Source: Mytilus trossulus (taxonomy: Eukaryota). From it: DNA of 64,000 nt. Shown one piece after another: positions 1 to 12,420 of this stretch (its first letter is position 1; each line of letters starts with the position of its first letter). The position numbers and the translations under genes are program-made. The stretch spans positions 78,864,001 through 78,928,000 of the forward strand of contig NC_086379.1 in the NCBI RefSeq assembly GCF_036588685.1, in the 5' to 3' direction. Below the pieces are notes generated by a model. That model did no database searches. It saw only the letters and a list, made by a program, of their open reading frames with translations, and was not told where the DNA came from.

Positions 1-192
1 GACAGACAAGGGTAACACTAATTCCCCCTCTGCCACAATCTGGCCATAAAAAATATAAATTTAAATTTTGAAATTCTTTGTTTTAATTGTCTATGAAACA
101 GATCAATGGACATACCAAAGAAATATATTGGTAGAAAAGTTCTTCATCCATTTTTCACAAGCATGACTAAGAATCAGATAACCTTTACATAC

Positions 193-305
193 CTCCATTG
201 CGGTCATACAAAACATCATAACATATTCATTCCGTGTATTGGCTAAGAAATATAAACTATGTCTCCATGCATCTCTTGTCTGGCAAAAACTGTTTAGAAT
301 TGTTT
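193..305 (-). CDS. XPO6: XPO6 coding exon 3
   Basis: tttcag acceptor, GAG|gtatgt donor, 113 nt; encodes TILNSFCQTRDAWRHSLYFLANTRNEYVMMFCMTAME. Confidence 0.92.
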
Positions 306-2989
306 CTGAAAGTATAAAATATCAGTTTTTACCTAATGATGTACATGTATATGTACAAAGATTACTCATAAAAACAGTCAATTTGATTTTCAAATAGCTA
401 TAAAGAAAAGAAGAGAGTTCCAATGTCCTAATTATTGCACATATTCTATCTATCCAACATAAACTAAAGGGCAATAACTAAAAAAACATTTGATTTGTTC
501 TTTAAAACTTTTTATTCTTAAGGATGTATTCTTCTGACTTTTCAGTCTCGTTCAGTCTCGTTGAAATCTCGTTATTGAATTATTTCCAAAACATGCAATA
601 GAAGTGGAAAATTTCAATGAATTTTAGAAATATTATAATCAAACATAAATCTGTGAAAAAATTGTGTATTTACAATGAATGGTTTTTGAGTAATCCAGTT
701 CTAAAATTTTATGACCAATCAAGTCAGTATTTTTAGCCAAAATTTTGAGAAAATGGGTGAGGGATAAAAATAAAAATGATTTTACAAGAATCATGTACAT
801 CCCATATCATTTTGGTCTTTTCAAATTTCTTAGATATGTATTTTTTCAATCATTTTATATAACAAAAAAGTTGAAATAATATGCATTTTGTTCTTATAAA
901 ACTGAGAAAAATCACAAAAATACAAAATTGACAGCACGGTAAATTTTACACAAAAAAGTGTTAAAATATGATAAGACTTTCTTATATTAACACCTACCTA
1001 TAGTTTTTGCAAGTAAAATTTATTCAGATTGGTCCACTTCATCTTTATAGAAAGTATGGATAAAAGTTTAATTGTGGAACTATATTTTTTTTTCATGATA
1101 ATAGCCCAAAAATAGGTAAAAATAGATGAAGAATGGGAAAATCATCAAAATTGGGCATATTTAAAGGGCTGTAGCAAAAAAAAGAAGTGCACCACCATAT
1201 GATTTTTTCTTCACCAATTATTTTGTTACAGTCTTATAAACCCCAAAATCAGGTTGAGAAAAAAAGTTTGATTCTAGAAATGTTTGGCTCCTCAGAGGTG
1301 TACATCCTTGATTAAATGGACCTAGTAAAAAAACTTGATATTTGGAGTTGACAATGACCCTAGATGAGTTCAAGGTGTGTCACTCTTCACAGCATTTGTT
1401 TAATTGTTAACAGGCAAAACTAGTAACAAATGTTCTTTTTCATTTCCTTGTGACATGGATGAAAGTTTCACGATATTTGAAAATATATTAAAGACACTTG
1501 TGGTGAAATTGAATGTAAATAAAATAAAAGTGTTATATACAAGTCATGAGAGTTATATATATAATTTATACCAATTTCTCTCTTCCTTTCATTAGTTGTT
1601 TGCCCAGCAAAGAATTCATTCATCAGCCCTTCCAAGGCTCGCAAGGAATTTTCATCTGAAGCCTGAAAATAAATATATATTTATTTAATTAGAACATGTA
1701 GAATAGTCATTGATAGTTCAAACAACAATTGTTGGAGTTTATTTCCTAAGAATTTAAATCAACAGATTTTCAGGCTCTTTCAAGGCTAGAAAGGAATTTT
1801 CATCTGAAGCCTGAAAATAAATATATATTTATATAATTATAATAATTCAAACATCAATTGATAGAGTTTATTTCCAAAGAACTTAAATCAACAGGTTTTG
1901 ATGAACTTTCAATGCTGGCAAGGAATTTTCATCCAATGCCCGAAAAAAATTAAAAATAAATATATATTTATATAATTCTAATAATTCAAACATCAATTGA
2001 TAGAATTTATTTTCTAAAAGTCACACTGGTCCTCTTGTTGTTAATGGAACTTCAATATAACTATTGTAACATAAAATATTGTCCTCCATGAAATATTGTC
2101 TGTCGGACAAATTTTCATATAAAATATTGTCCACTGACAGTATTTCATAATCTTTATTGATGTCCTAGGAATTATCACTCAAGGAAAAAAATTTGCATTG
2201 AATATTATTTTATTAGATGGTTTTAAATTGTTGAACCAATTCTTATATGTTATAAGATGTTGTCACAGCTGTTTTTAATATTTTCTGTCACAGTAACAAT
2301 ATTTAAGGGCATTACTTTTCCGATAAATGAATTGCATTGCTGATAAGATATGGCCCAAACTGTGTTCCATAGATTTTTTTTCATAGCGACGTCACACCAC
2401 ATCTTGCATTTGTGTATTACGTATGTGAACTTGACCTTCTTTTCTAGCTAAGTTTTGTTTACATTTGAAACGTGCTATTTACAATGATTTATCAACCGAG
2501 GGGATGAAGTTGGGGTTGTATCTGGAAAAAGGAAAAGGAGTATAAAATCGGAAAATATTATTTTTACTGTTGTAAAATGTCTGAAAACTTGAACTGTTGA
2601 AATTAATGCTTACTTGAAGCGAGTTTTTATTCTGTCCTTGAAATTCTGACAAATAGAAAACATGTGCGATTTCGTGAACTACTTCTATTTTAACCACGTG
2701 CATTGCTATCGTGAACTGATTACTATCGAGAACAGACATGTTACAGACTGGGCGTTGATTTAAGTCTAACGGATATCTTTGAATTTCATTTTAGTTTTAT
2801 AATTTTGAAAGCTTGTAAGTTATTTCATATCTGACACCTCTTCGCCTTCTCTACTTCTGTGAGCACTGTACTCCAAATCTTATTCTTAACTTGGCCATAA
2901 GTTCTAACTCTAAAACCGACCATGACTTTGTCTTTGTCAGAATGGGAATGTCTCAGTTATGTTTGTTTATTTCACTAAATACAAACCAT
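193..2989 (-). CDS. XPO6: Exportin-6, 5' part of gene (coding exons 2989-2987, 1662-1572, 305-193; continues off the left edge)
   Basis: Spliced translation M|ASDENSLRALEGLMNEFFAGQTTNERKREI|ETILNSFCQTRDAWRHSLYFLANTRNEYVMMFCMTAME matches the remembered human XPO6 N-terminus (MASEEASLRALESLMTEFF...TTNERKREIEELLNNF...WRFCLYFLSSTRNDYVMMY). GT-AG boundaries and phases are consistent. Confidence 0.93.
518..1311. mobile_element. Non-autonomous DNA transposon, Kolobok-like (TTAA|GG termini)
   Basis: Imperfect TIRs ttaaggatgtattcttctga ... tcagaggtgtacatccttga; no ORF. Confidence 0.6.
1572..1662 (-). CDS. XPO6: XPO6 coding exon 2
   Basis: ttttcag acceptor, G|gtataa donor, 91 nt; encodes ASDENSLRALEGLMNEFFAGQTTNERKREI. 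Confidence 0.92.
1632..2015. repeat. Degenerate tandem triplication (unit about 130-150 bp) spanning the XPO6 exon-2 acceptor
   Basis: aaggaattttcatc...gcc(t/c)gaaaa...aataaatatatattta recurs near 1643, 1791 and 1920. Confidence 0.85.
2987..2989 (-). CDS. XPO6: XPO6 candidate first coding exon contributing only the ATG
   Basis: Exon 2 starts at codon 2 in phase 0, so an ATG|GT junction is required upstream. Minus strand reads taaaATG|gtttgt here, with a good invertebrate start context. Confidence 0.6.
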
Positions 2990-3275
2990 TTTATATACTC
3001 TGCAGACGGAACAAATGTAAATCACATATCATTTTTCCGGGGTACTTCCGAATGAATTAACAACTGGTTCATTTGGAACAGAGGTAAGAGGACACTGAAA
3101 ATAGAAGTAAGAACCAGCATACACATTCGGAAGGCTACTTGTTTTTTCCACTTGAAATATCAAAATCAGATTGGTGCTTGATTAGACGTAAACGCTTATT
3201 TTCGCATCAAGTTCATTTTAACGTTGACAGGAAATCGAATACACGAGTTGAACCGATATTTTCAAGAAAATCAGA
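2990..3275. promoter_or_regulatory. Putative bidirectional promoter and 5' UTRs of XPO6 and TOMM22
   Basis: 286 bp between divergent ATGs; ETS-like ACTTCCG (3044-3050) and CGGAAG (3128-3133); reverse CCAAT (GATTGG, 3169-3174); locally CpG-enriched. Confidence 0.55.
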
Positions 3276-3344
3276 ATGTCACTTGACGGTCAGGGATCCC
3301 CACCTAAAGAGATTGAAGACATACCTCTCGACGAAGACGATGAT
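3276..3344 (+). CDS. TOMM22: TOMM22 coding exon 1
   Basis: MSLDGQGSPPKEIEDIPLDEDDD|gtaaga, 69 nt. Confidence 0.88.
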
Positions 3345-6300
3345 GTAAGAGTTGAAATAAATTCATTGAGGGAGAAATTCGATCGAAGAGGAAACTGAGT
3401 CTATTCGCCCCTGAGATTCGCCCAAAATAACGTTTGCTCCCATTTCTCGTTCGTCCCCTTTCACGTTCGATTCTCAAACGTTTGCACTCTTTTTTAAATG
3501 TTTTGTGTTGAATAAGATTTTAAGCATGTGTCTATTGATATTTTAAAAATCAAAGTGACGTTTGATATGAGGCATGCATTACCTTTAAATGGAGACGAAG
3601 TCTGTTTATGAATTATATTATTTTTGTAACTTAAATATTTGTTAAAACAGAGAAACGGAAATACCGTAACGTTTCCGATTTTGGTTCTGTTGTTAGGGAT
3701 TTAAGTTGTGACGTCATATGCAATGTAAACAAAGAAACGCTATCATCAGGTATCAAGGAATTATTAAAAATGAAATTGGTATTGCATTCCTTCCTATTTA
3801 TACAAGACTGATAAATAAACATTTTACTCAAAGATTCATACAACACGAAACCGGAAAAAGGAAGTACATTGTAGATTTCTGCTCAGGTCCAGGATTTCAA
3901 AACATGACATAAAAAAAATTGAACAATTTTGAGTTCATTAGTACAATGAAAAATTCGGGAAATTTTCCTGAATTTTTTTTTTTATTGAATTTTCTACTGT
4001 TATTGGGGATTTTGTCCCCATATTAGAGTGTCTTTCTGTGACTAGAGACGGTAAATCACATGGGAGATAACTCCGGTTCAGTGTGACATGGTGACAGTTA
4101 GTCGATGTTGTGATGTTACATGTGCATGTACACTATACACTATACACCTAATCGCTATTTTATTTTATTCCATTCCGGATAAGTTCTAAAATTACACAAC
4201 TTTTTTATCCAGTTGAAGCTATCTTGGACCCTGTTTAAGCAATACACCTTATCGCTATTTGTCCGCCATTACTGGATATCACACACGTTCCCGTAAAATC
4301 TTGACATCATAAAACAAAATATCTGACACTACAATGGAAAAGTGATTATTGTACGCATCAAAAGTTCAAGCAGCCGGGATTAGTGATAAGGTGTATTAAC
4401 CATGCATGTATTCGAAATAATTATGACTTTCAAGACGTCATGATTATTTGGACTACCATGCATGATACTTTTTAATGAGACCTGTTTAAACTACCGTAAA
4501 TACTTTAAACAAACTATTTTTTACTTCAATTTAAATTTTGAAAAAAGGGGATCATACTCTATTTAAGTTTCTTGATGATCGCTTTTTAAAGTTTTCCCCC
4601 CCTCAGCTCACTATTGATGACCTCTATTTACGGCGGCCTGACCTATAAAGGAAGTTGTAAAATTGATGTTTTTTTCCTGGATTGGACTATATAGCGTTAA
4701 GGTTTATTGTTTTGGGTAAGGGTGAAGGTTGGTAGCTATTAAAACTTTTTAACCCTATAGATTTGTTTGCACCTGTCTGAAGTCTGGAACCTATAGTTCA
4801 GTAGATGTCATTTGTTGATGTGGTTCATAAGTGTTTCTCATTGTTTTTATATAATAGATTACATTGTTGGTTCTCCTGTTTGAATGGTTTTACACTAGTA
4901 ATCAGGGTTTCCGCAATTTGCGAAAAAATAATAAGTATGGCGATAAAAATTCGTCATTTGCGAAAGAATTTGGCGAAAGAAATATACATACAGATTTATT
5001 TTCCTCAATCTTGTGTCTTTACTTTTTTCGAATTTCTCAGATTTTACCCGATCAGACAATACTTGGAATTCACCTTGACCTCATTTAGATTAGGACAGAA
5101 TATCAATAATCATCTAATTGCATTCTATAGCTATCGACAGATGTGCCTTAATAACGCTATTTGCTAGCAGGGGCTATCATCTGTGTCCCTATGGACACAT
5201 TTTCCATTAAATTTTATAATTTTCTGATATGACATTGAGGAGTAATGGAACATTTGTGATGTCTTCATTACTTTTTATGTGAATTATATATATAATTTAT
5301 TTCCAGGACCTTATGGATGAAACCATTGTTGAGAGATTGGTTGGTTTAACGGAAATGTTTCCTGAAGGCCTTAGAAATTTCTGCAGTCAAGCTGTCAGTT
5401 TATCAGGAAAATATACAGTACAAGGATATGGTCTGACCAGGAACTTACTGTGGGTTGCCACATCTGCTGCAACACTTTTAGTCTTACCTGTTGTTTTTGA
5501 AAAAGAAAGGGCTCAACATCAAGAACAACAAAGACAGCAAGAAAGACAGGTGAAAAAAGAATAAGATTTTAGGGTTCTACTGTAAACAAACTAATTTAAA
5601 AATTTGTCTTTCACATTTTGAAACATTTTGACTTGAGACATGTAAGCCATTCAAGGTTTCAAACTCCCAAAGTCTCTATAAATTCACCAACAAAATAAAA
5701 AGGAAATCAATAGACCACTTTCAAGTTCATCCGTCACTGGAAAAAACTTGTCAATTATACACGCCTTTGTGACGTCATTTACCAGAGGGGGGTCGCCTGT
5801 ATCCCTGCACTATAAACGTTCATCAAGCATCTTAGTGATTGTCATCGTGCAGGATAAATTAGAAATACTTGTTCTGTAGGTACTTAATCACAATTCCCTC
5901 TATAATGACAGTGGTACAGATTGTCAATTATGAGAATTTAATTTGCCGAATAATTCGTGCATTATATCTTTATTGTTTTTCAACCACTCGCTCAACATTG
6001 AAAAGCAAGTCAAGACGCACATAAACACACGAGTGACGTTCACTAAAACCTAAGTTTATGACGGAAATGCATCGAACTCGAAAGTTGTATATTGCAAAAA
6101 ATGGAATAGAAAGGCTAAATGCTTATAAAAAAGTTGTAGCGGGAAAAGTTTGATTAACAACCAGATTTCGTTAATGAACTATAAAGTGTTAATAATGTCT
6201 GATTAAGACTTCTAATATGTTGTAGACTATATTGTACATCATTTTAAGTTATGATTTTTTTATACAGATATTGCTGGGACCAAATGCTGCTATGGGTGGA

Positions 6301-6351
6301 AGTTCTCCCATGATGCCAGGAATGATGCCACCAATGCCACCAACATCATGA
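3276..6351 (+). CDS. TOMM22: Mitochondrial import receptor subunit TOM22 (exons 3276-3344, 5307-5549, 6268-6351; 131 aa)
   Basis: Acidic N-terminus, DETIVERLVGLTEMFP motif, TM segment LWVATSAATLLVLPVVFE, Q-rich linker and ILLGPN tail; all junctions GT-AG and phase 0. Confidence 0.96.
4241..4397. mobile_element. Small MITE
   Basis: TIRs aatacaccttatcgcta ... tagtgataaggtgtatt. Confidence 0.6.
5307..5549 (+). CDS. TOMM22: TOMM22 coding exon 2
   Basis: ttccag acceptor, CAG|gtgaaa donor, 243 nt; conserved TOM22 core. Confidence 0.96.
5708..6093. mobile_element. MITE in TOMM22 intron 2
   Basis: Imperfect TIRs caatagaccactttcaagttc ... gaactcgaaagttgtatattg. Confidence 0.6.
6268..6351 (+). CDS. 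TOMM22: TOMM22 coding exon 3
   Basis: tatacag acceptor; ILLGPNAAMGGSSPMMPGMMPPMPPTS*. Confidence 0.93.
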   Translation: MLLGPNAAMGGSSPMMPGMMPPMPPTS

Positions 6352-6796
6352 TAAAAAACAATATTAGCATTTATGTATTTGGATGAGTGTTAGACTGAAT
6401 GTGTGTATGTTTGCAGTAGTAATTGTACAAACCATTTTAATATTAAATTGATGTTGAAAAGAGCATTAGAATAATGTATTACAGTGACTTTTAATCAAAC
6501 AAGATGAACAAATTTTGAAAAGAGTAATTCATTTTAGTCTGATATTGTCTCCGACAAAATTAGACAATTTGGAAACACTCCATTAAAAAAAGAATCCAGA
6601 GCAGTTGTTTTACAGATATTACTTCAATGTTTTTTAGTTATACATAATGGTAAGATAGGTGTTGGCTTACAAAATATTTGAAGTTCTAAGGAGCCTTTGC
6701 TGTAGTTTGGCTGAAACACTTTATATCCAGGAAAAGTTAAACAGCAGGATCTTTTCCCCTGAAATCTATGTCTCTTTTGAACCTACTGATCATATA

Positions 6797-7075
6797 AAAA
6801 TAAGGAGATGTGGTACAATGTATGATTGCTAATGAGACAGCTATCCACCAAAGTTCAAATGAAGTGAATATAAGCAGTTATAGGTTACTGTACAGCCTTC
6901 ATCAATGAGAAAAACCTCATACTATATGATGGGCTACTAAAGGCTCAGACATGAACAAATTCAATTGAGAAAACTAACCGCCTTCATCTATAACATAATT
7001 TATGAAAAACAAATATAACAGACACGAACCAACAACGACCACTATACTACAAGCTCCTGACTGGGGACAGGCACA
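6797..7075 (-). mobile_element. Abundant interspersed SINE-like repeat (family uncertain)
   Basis: Reverse copy with cctgtccc(c)agtcaggagc core and gtctcatt(a/g)gca.tcatac..cacatct tail; related pieces near 4690-4900, 8940-9197, 10020-10125, 37500-37560, 47200-47410 and 56238-56405. Confidence 0.6.
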
Positions 7076-8453
7076 TATGTATATTATGTATAAATTTACT
7101 AAATATAATGTTAAAAGTCCATATCTTACACACTTCCTCATTAATCTCATTGTAGCATGCATGCCTTGAGGGATGGAGGAGGGGGATAGGACCTTTATAG
7201 GGACTCAGGGATCGGGTATTTTTAAGCTCTGGATTTCGGAATTGACCCTTTCAGGATCCAGGAATTCTTTTTTTTTAACTACAGGATGTCAGAATTTTAA
7301 TTTTTTTAAATTTGGGACCTCAGGATTTTGTGTTTTTGGCACAGGATTTTGAGATCAGGACCCCTCCTAACCTCACTCATGGAGGGCATGGGTTTAGATA
7401 TTCAGTTGAAAAAAAGCAAACGCTTGAAAATAAGTTTGCTGCTTCTCCACAATCATTTACTAGTAAACACAAATACTTGTCATCATTGTCAGAGTAATGT
7501 TATGGTAGAGTGACACATCTTTCTGCTGTAACCGTGTTAACTGGCATGTTAAAAATTAAGCTTAGCATTTTGCAAGCAGGGTTTATATTCATATCACATT
7601 GACAAGCTTAGTCCTTATATTCATGTTATATTTGCCACTGGACATTAAATATCATTTCATTATCTACATTTGTATATCTCAAAGGGTCATGTGATATTAA
7701 TTGAAGGAGATAGTCTTGGTATATACAGATTCAATATTTTATTAAAGTCTCACCACGTGTATAACATTATACATTCCAATAAACATATAAATCTTTGGGT
7801 ATAACATGAAATATTGGATAACATTTATAAAACAATCAGACGACAACCTGACCAAAGCTTGAAATAAAGGTTATAGGCGATGTGACAGGCAGACATAAGA
7901 GTATATTTATCTATTGATTGTTTGTTTGTGTTTAATGTCACTATAAGCATTATGACAGCCAGTGGAGAAGTCTTGAGTGTCCAGAGAGACCTTTAGCACT
8001 TACTAGTATTATCTAATAATAAATTTACACACTAAATATGTTGACAATATCATACACTTAATCTAACCTCTGGAACAATAAATTAAAGTGTTTTAAATTG
8101 TAGGTTTTGTTATCAAAGGGCCTGTTAATATATCAGTTAGTTCATTGTATTAGGCTGTATGTTAACATGTTATAATACATCTTTGCTGGACCGTGTTCTC
8201 ATTGAAAACCGTACCAAGTTCTAATTTTTGAATTACCAAAAAGCCTAAACAAACAATCAGGAGACAGAAAGTGCTCACTTATGAGTACTCACAGCTACAA
8301 AAAATAAAAAAAAAATAAAAAATACCAAACGAGAAGTCTGTTATAGAATAACAAAATCTAATGGAATACAACTGTCATATTCCTTCCTTGGAACAGGCAT
8401 TTTCTTAATTCTGGTTTTATAGCTAGATAAACCTCTCAAGCCAGCCCAAATCC

Positions 8454-8670
8454 CAGTTTGGTGTGAGTTGGCCTTCCTCAGTAACTATATATCATTGGTC
8501 AACAATAGTTTGTTTGTACATTGGTCAGTTTGGTGTGAGTTGGCTTTCCTCAGTAACTATATATCATTGGTCAACAATAGTTTGTTTGTACATTGGTCAG
8601 TTTGGTGTGAGTTGGCTTTCCTCAGTAACTATATATCATTGGTCAACAATAGTTTGTTTGTACATTGGTC
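8454..8670. repeat. 72-bp tandem repeat, 3 copies
   Basis: cagtttggtgtgagttggc...gtttgtacattggt repeated almost perfectly. Confidence 0.95.
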
Positions 8671-8939
8671 ATGGGGAATATATATCTGTCTTATATTTCA
8701 TGGCTATGTTATATAACTTTGAACTCGTATCTCAATCTGTACTTAAAATGTGATGAATACTTGGTTTAAAGATTTGTTGTTTGTATGTTTCTGTTATATT
8801 TTATGTGGTTATGACCATAATTTTACACCCATGTGGTATGGTTGTTACCAGGATGAGATTTGTTTAAACCTTATAGGTCAATAATATTAGGTCTTTACAT
8901 AGGTTACGAGGAGTATATGTGGCTCATATAAACTTTGTC

Positions 8940-9197
8940 TGTAATTCAGTGGTTGTCGTTTGTCTTTGTGTTATCTTTTTGTTTTTTCGTTCTTTTTATG
9001 TACATAAATAATGCCGTTAGTTTTCTCATATGAATTGTTTTACATCGTCATTTCAGGGCCTATTATAGCTGACTATGTGGTATGGGCTTTAATCAATGTT
9101 AAAGGCTGTACCTATAGTTTTTAATTTGTGTGTCATTTTGGTCTCTTGTGGAGAGTTAGTCTCATTTGCAGTAACACCACATCTTCTTTTTTATATT
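8940..9197 (+). mobile_element. SINE-like interspersed repeat copy
   Basis: Shares body and gagagtt..tctcatt..ca...accacatcttctttttta tail with 47200-47410. Confidence 0.6.
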
Positions 9198-9209
9198 TGA
9201 TCTCAATTT

Positions 9210-9895
9210 TATGTCAGCCATGTTCATAAGTGACTACATGAGACATCAACAATTCTTGGTACTAATATATGTTTTGTTTGTAGAAGTATGTCCATCTTAA
9301 CCTAAATGTTTTACTTAAGTTATCAGTATAAGGTCTGTTCCAGAGTACATATGCATGAGAATTCAGGAGGTATGTCCTTGACCTCATTTTAAAGTAATAA
9401 TTGTGTTTTGTTTCTTTTCTCAAATACTATAAGCAATTGGTCAACTATATGTGGTGTCTTGTATGACTGTGATGAGTACATATCAGTCTGGCAAGTTTCA
9501 TCTGACCTTGACCTCACTTTCATGGTTCATTAGTCAATTTTAATTTTTTCATGGTTTTGTCTGTTTTCCAAGTACTTTAAGCAAAAGGTCAACTATATTT
9601 GGTGTATGGAATGGTTTTAATGTGCATATATATGTCTGGCAAGTATAATTTGACCTTCACATTTTTTCATGGTTTATTGGTCAATTTTAAGGTTGTTTTT
9701 TTTTATGTTTTCAATTATCATAAGCAATAGGTCAATGATATTTTGTGTATAAAAAAAATTGTAATATGAAAATGTCTGTCTGACAGCATTTATCTGACCT
9801 TAATTTCTGTGATGTTTTTAGTTAAACCTTAAGTTTTAAAGACTTGCAACATAAACACAATGGTCAGTAGAAGAGACATTTCAGTGTTTGGACTT
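9210..9895. repeat. Old HINE-like element with degenerate internal repeats of about 145 bp
   Basis: ggtcaactatat...gtctggca...tgaccttgacc motif recurs about 4 times; a related inverted remnant lies at about 30720-31260. Confidence 0.5.
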
Positions 9896-10213
9896 TAAAA
9901 AAAAAAATTATCTGTATTTTGCTGATAAATGGGTTTTTTGTAAGTCAACATTACACTTTGACACCAACAGCAGCAATCACAGGTGAGACACAGGGTTCCA
10001 CAGGTGAGACACAGGATTTTGCATGTTGAAGACCATACTTTGACCTGTAATGGTGTTTACTTTTACAAATTATGACTTGTATGAAGAGTTGTCTCATTGG
10101 TGCTCATACCACATCTTCTTAATATTTAATATATCTATAACAGTAGGATATATTTCATGTATTAAAATAACCAGTAGAAGTACAAACAAAGAAAGTAATA
10201 AATATTAAATTAT

Positions 10214-10219
10214 TTTAAT
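10214..10219 (-). terminator. Candidate poly(A) signal (ATTAAA) ending a roughly 2.8-kb MPRIP 3' UTR
   Basis: ATTAAA on the minus strand followed by a U-rich tract; other sites are possible. Confidence 0.3.
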
Positions 10220-11742
10220 ATAAAAATGGTATTGTATAAATATTTGGCTGTAAATTGGTTAAAGACTTTGAAATTATTACCCAACCCACACAATTTCAAT
10301 AAATATGTTAACTTTAGCACTGACTTACAAATCTTTCTTCACATCAAAGTACTACAACAGCATTATAACTAAGTAAACGACAACCTTTTTCGCTTATATG
10401 AAAGTCAACCTTAATTCCTATTGAAATCTGCATCAATTTCTTTCAAGATTTTACCATACCAATAATGGTTGAAGGAATGACAATATACATTGGTTATGAC
10501 TAAAATAATTGCTTTATATTATTAACAAATGGTAAATCATTAATATCTATAATTTCCACAGGAAGGAAAACTTGTAACTTTAAAAATAAAATATATAAAT
10601 AATTGGTTTGTTATAACTTAAGTTTCACTCATCATTTGTGGGCATAATTTTGTAATAATTTTGAACAAATCTGAATTTGAAAATTAATCTTTAGTATATT
10701 AAGTACAAGATAACTTGAGAAATTTCATACTTTCTAAGCATCTACAAAGGGACTTCAAAAATCCTATAATGAATATACATTTTTTGGTTTTCTAAACTAT
10801 ACACTAAAAACCAACTTCATCTTGGTTACATTCCATCGTCTGGTTTAGTTGTTATTTTGTAAGACAAAATAAACAGTCTGGTTTAATGGTTATTTTGTAT
10901 CAAAACATTACACATTCAAGGGTTAAATAATAAACTTCTAGCTAGATTCCTGAATAAAAAGGCACAATAATCATATAAATTACACATGATTATATATAGT
11001 ACGATCACAATATCTATAAAAATATATGATATGGTGTAAATTTAATGGACAGATTAATTGTCATGGTTACATATACACACAACCGATAAACATACAACAA
11101 AAACACACTAACTGCACATATATATATATGTAGGTATGTATACACTTAAAAGTCTTTAAATCATGTAAATGGAATCATAAAATACAAGAAAAAAATGAGA
11201 AAAAGAGAGATTTGGTCATTTTTAGTTCAATGATGAGCTCGTATAATTCAGTAGTACTGAAAAAAGAAATTTAAAACATTGATTTGCTATTCTCAAAGGA
11301 TTTTAAAGTGGAAAAAATTGAATTCATATAAAATCAACATGCACATTATCATTACTTCCTTACACACATATAGACGAACTGAAGTACCAATAACTTTTTG
11401 GACATAAATATTACTATGGGTATTTTGATATTGACAACTTCAAATTTTCAAATAACTTTTCTTGTAAAAGAAAGACAACCCAATTTCTATAATGGACCCC
11501 CAATATTGTCCACTTTGTATTGTAGACTCCATTTACAATGTAGATCACTTTGTATTGCAGACTCCATTTACAATTTGCTATAAAGACTTGTTTAAAAATC
11601 ACAGGGATGATAAGCTTCAATATAATACATGAATATTAGTATATGGTACTACATACAGAAGACGATAAACTTCAATATAATACTTCTATGTAAAGGTGTC
11701 TAGGATATGGTATTACATGATAAATATGGAGCAGATCTATGG

Positions 11743-11918
11743 TATTGATATATCACTGGTTAATAATCATTGATATTACACTGGTTAATTATCATTGATA
11801 TTACACTGGTTAATAATCATTGATATTACACTGGTTAATAATCATTGATATTACAGTGGTTAATAATCATTGATATTACAGTGGTTAATAATCATTGATA
11901 TTACACTGGTTAATTATC
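11743..11918. repeat. 25-bp minisatellite, about 7 copies
   Basis: cattgatattaca(c/g)tggttaa(t)aat unit. Confidence 0.93.
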
Positions 11919-12157
11919 ACAATTCACATCAAAAGCAATATCAAAAAAATATGTCATATATTAATAAGTATGTGTGATGTTTCCGCCTTGGTTTTTGGTT
12001 AATTTCCCTTCACCTGCAATGGTTCAGTCCTGTTAAAGACTTCTGTCATAGTGCACAAAAATATTAATTCTAGTTATGTTTACAGTAACTTTATAAAGCA
12101 CTGCTTATTTAGGTATGCCTTCAATTTAAGTAGTGATTCAGTGAGAAAAAAATAATA

Positions 12158-12420
12158 AACAAGAATGAGTCCCCAGTAAACAGATGCCCAATCCTCGCTA
12201 TAATTTTCTATATTCAGTGGACCGTGAAAATGTGGGGAAATCTCTAATTTGGCATTTAAATTAGAAAGATCATACCATAGGGAACATGTGTACTAAGTTT
12301 CAAATTGATTGGACTTCAACTTCATCAAAAACTACCTCGACCAAAAACTTTAACTTGAAGTGGGACAGACGGATGAATGAACGGACCCGAAAACATAATG
12401 CCCATAAATGGGGCATAAAA
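12158..12420 (-). mobile_element. Short Helentron-type non-autonomous element (HINE), copy 1
   Basis: Same family as 19176-19643 and 50546-50840; atgccc subterminal inverted repeats, (GACG/GACA)-type microsatellite, T-rich ends. Confidence 0.7.

Noticed and set aside
2921-2923. Alternative ATG|GTCGGT for XPO6 exon 1
   Set aside because: Weaker start context than aaaATG|gtttgt at 2989-2987; not fully excluded.
2300-4200. Fragments of additional repeats around the XPO6/TOMM22 promoter, and ORFs 2479-2739 and 3718-3912
   Set aside because: Boundaries could not be defined and the peptides lack recognisable motifs.
8463-8753. Repetitive ORFs 8463-8753 and 8468-8716
   Set aside because: By-products of a 72-bp (multiple of 3) tandem repeat, with no recognisable protein features.
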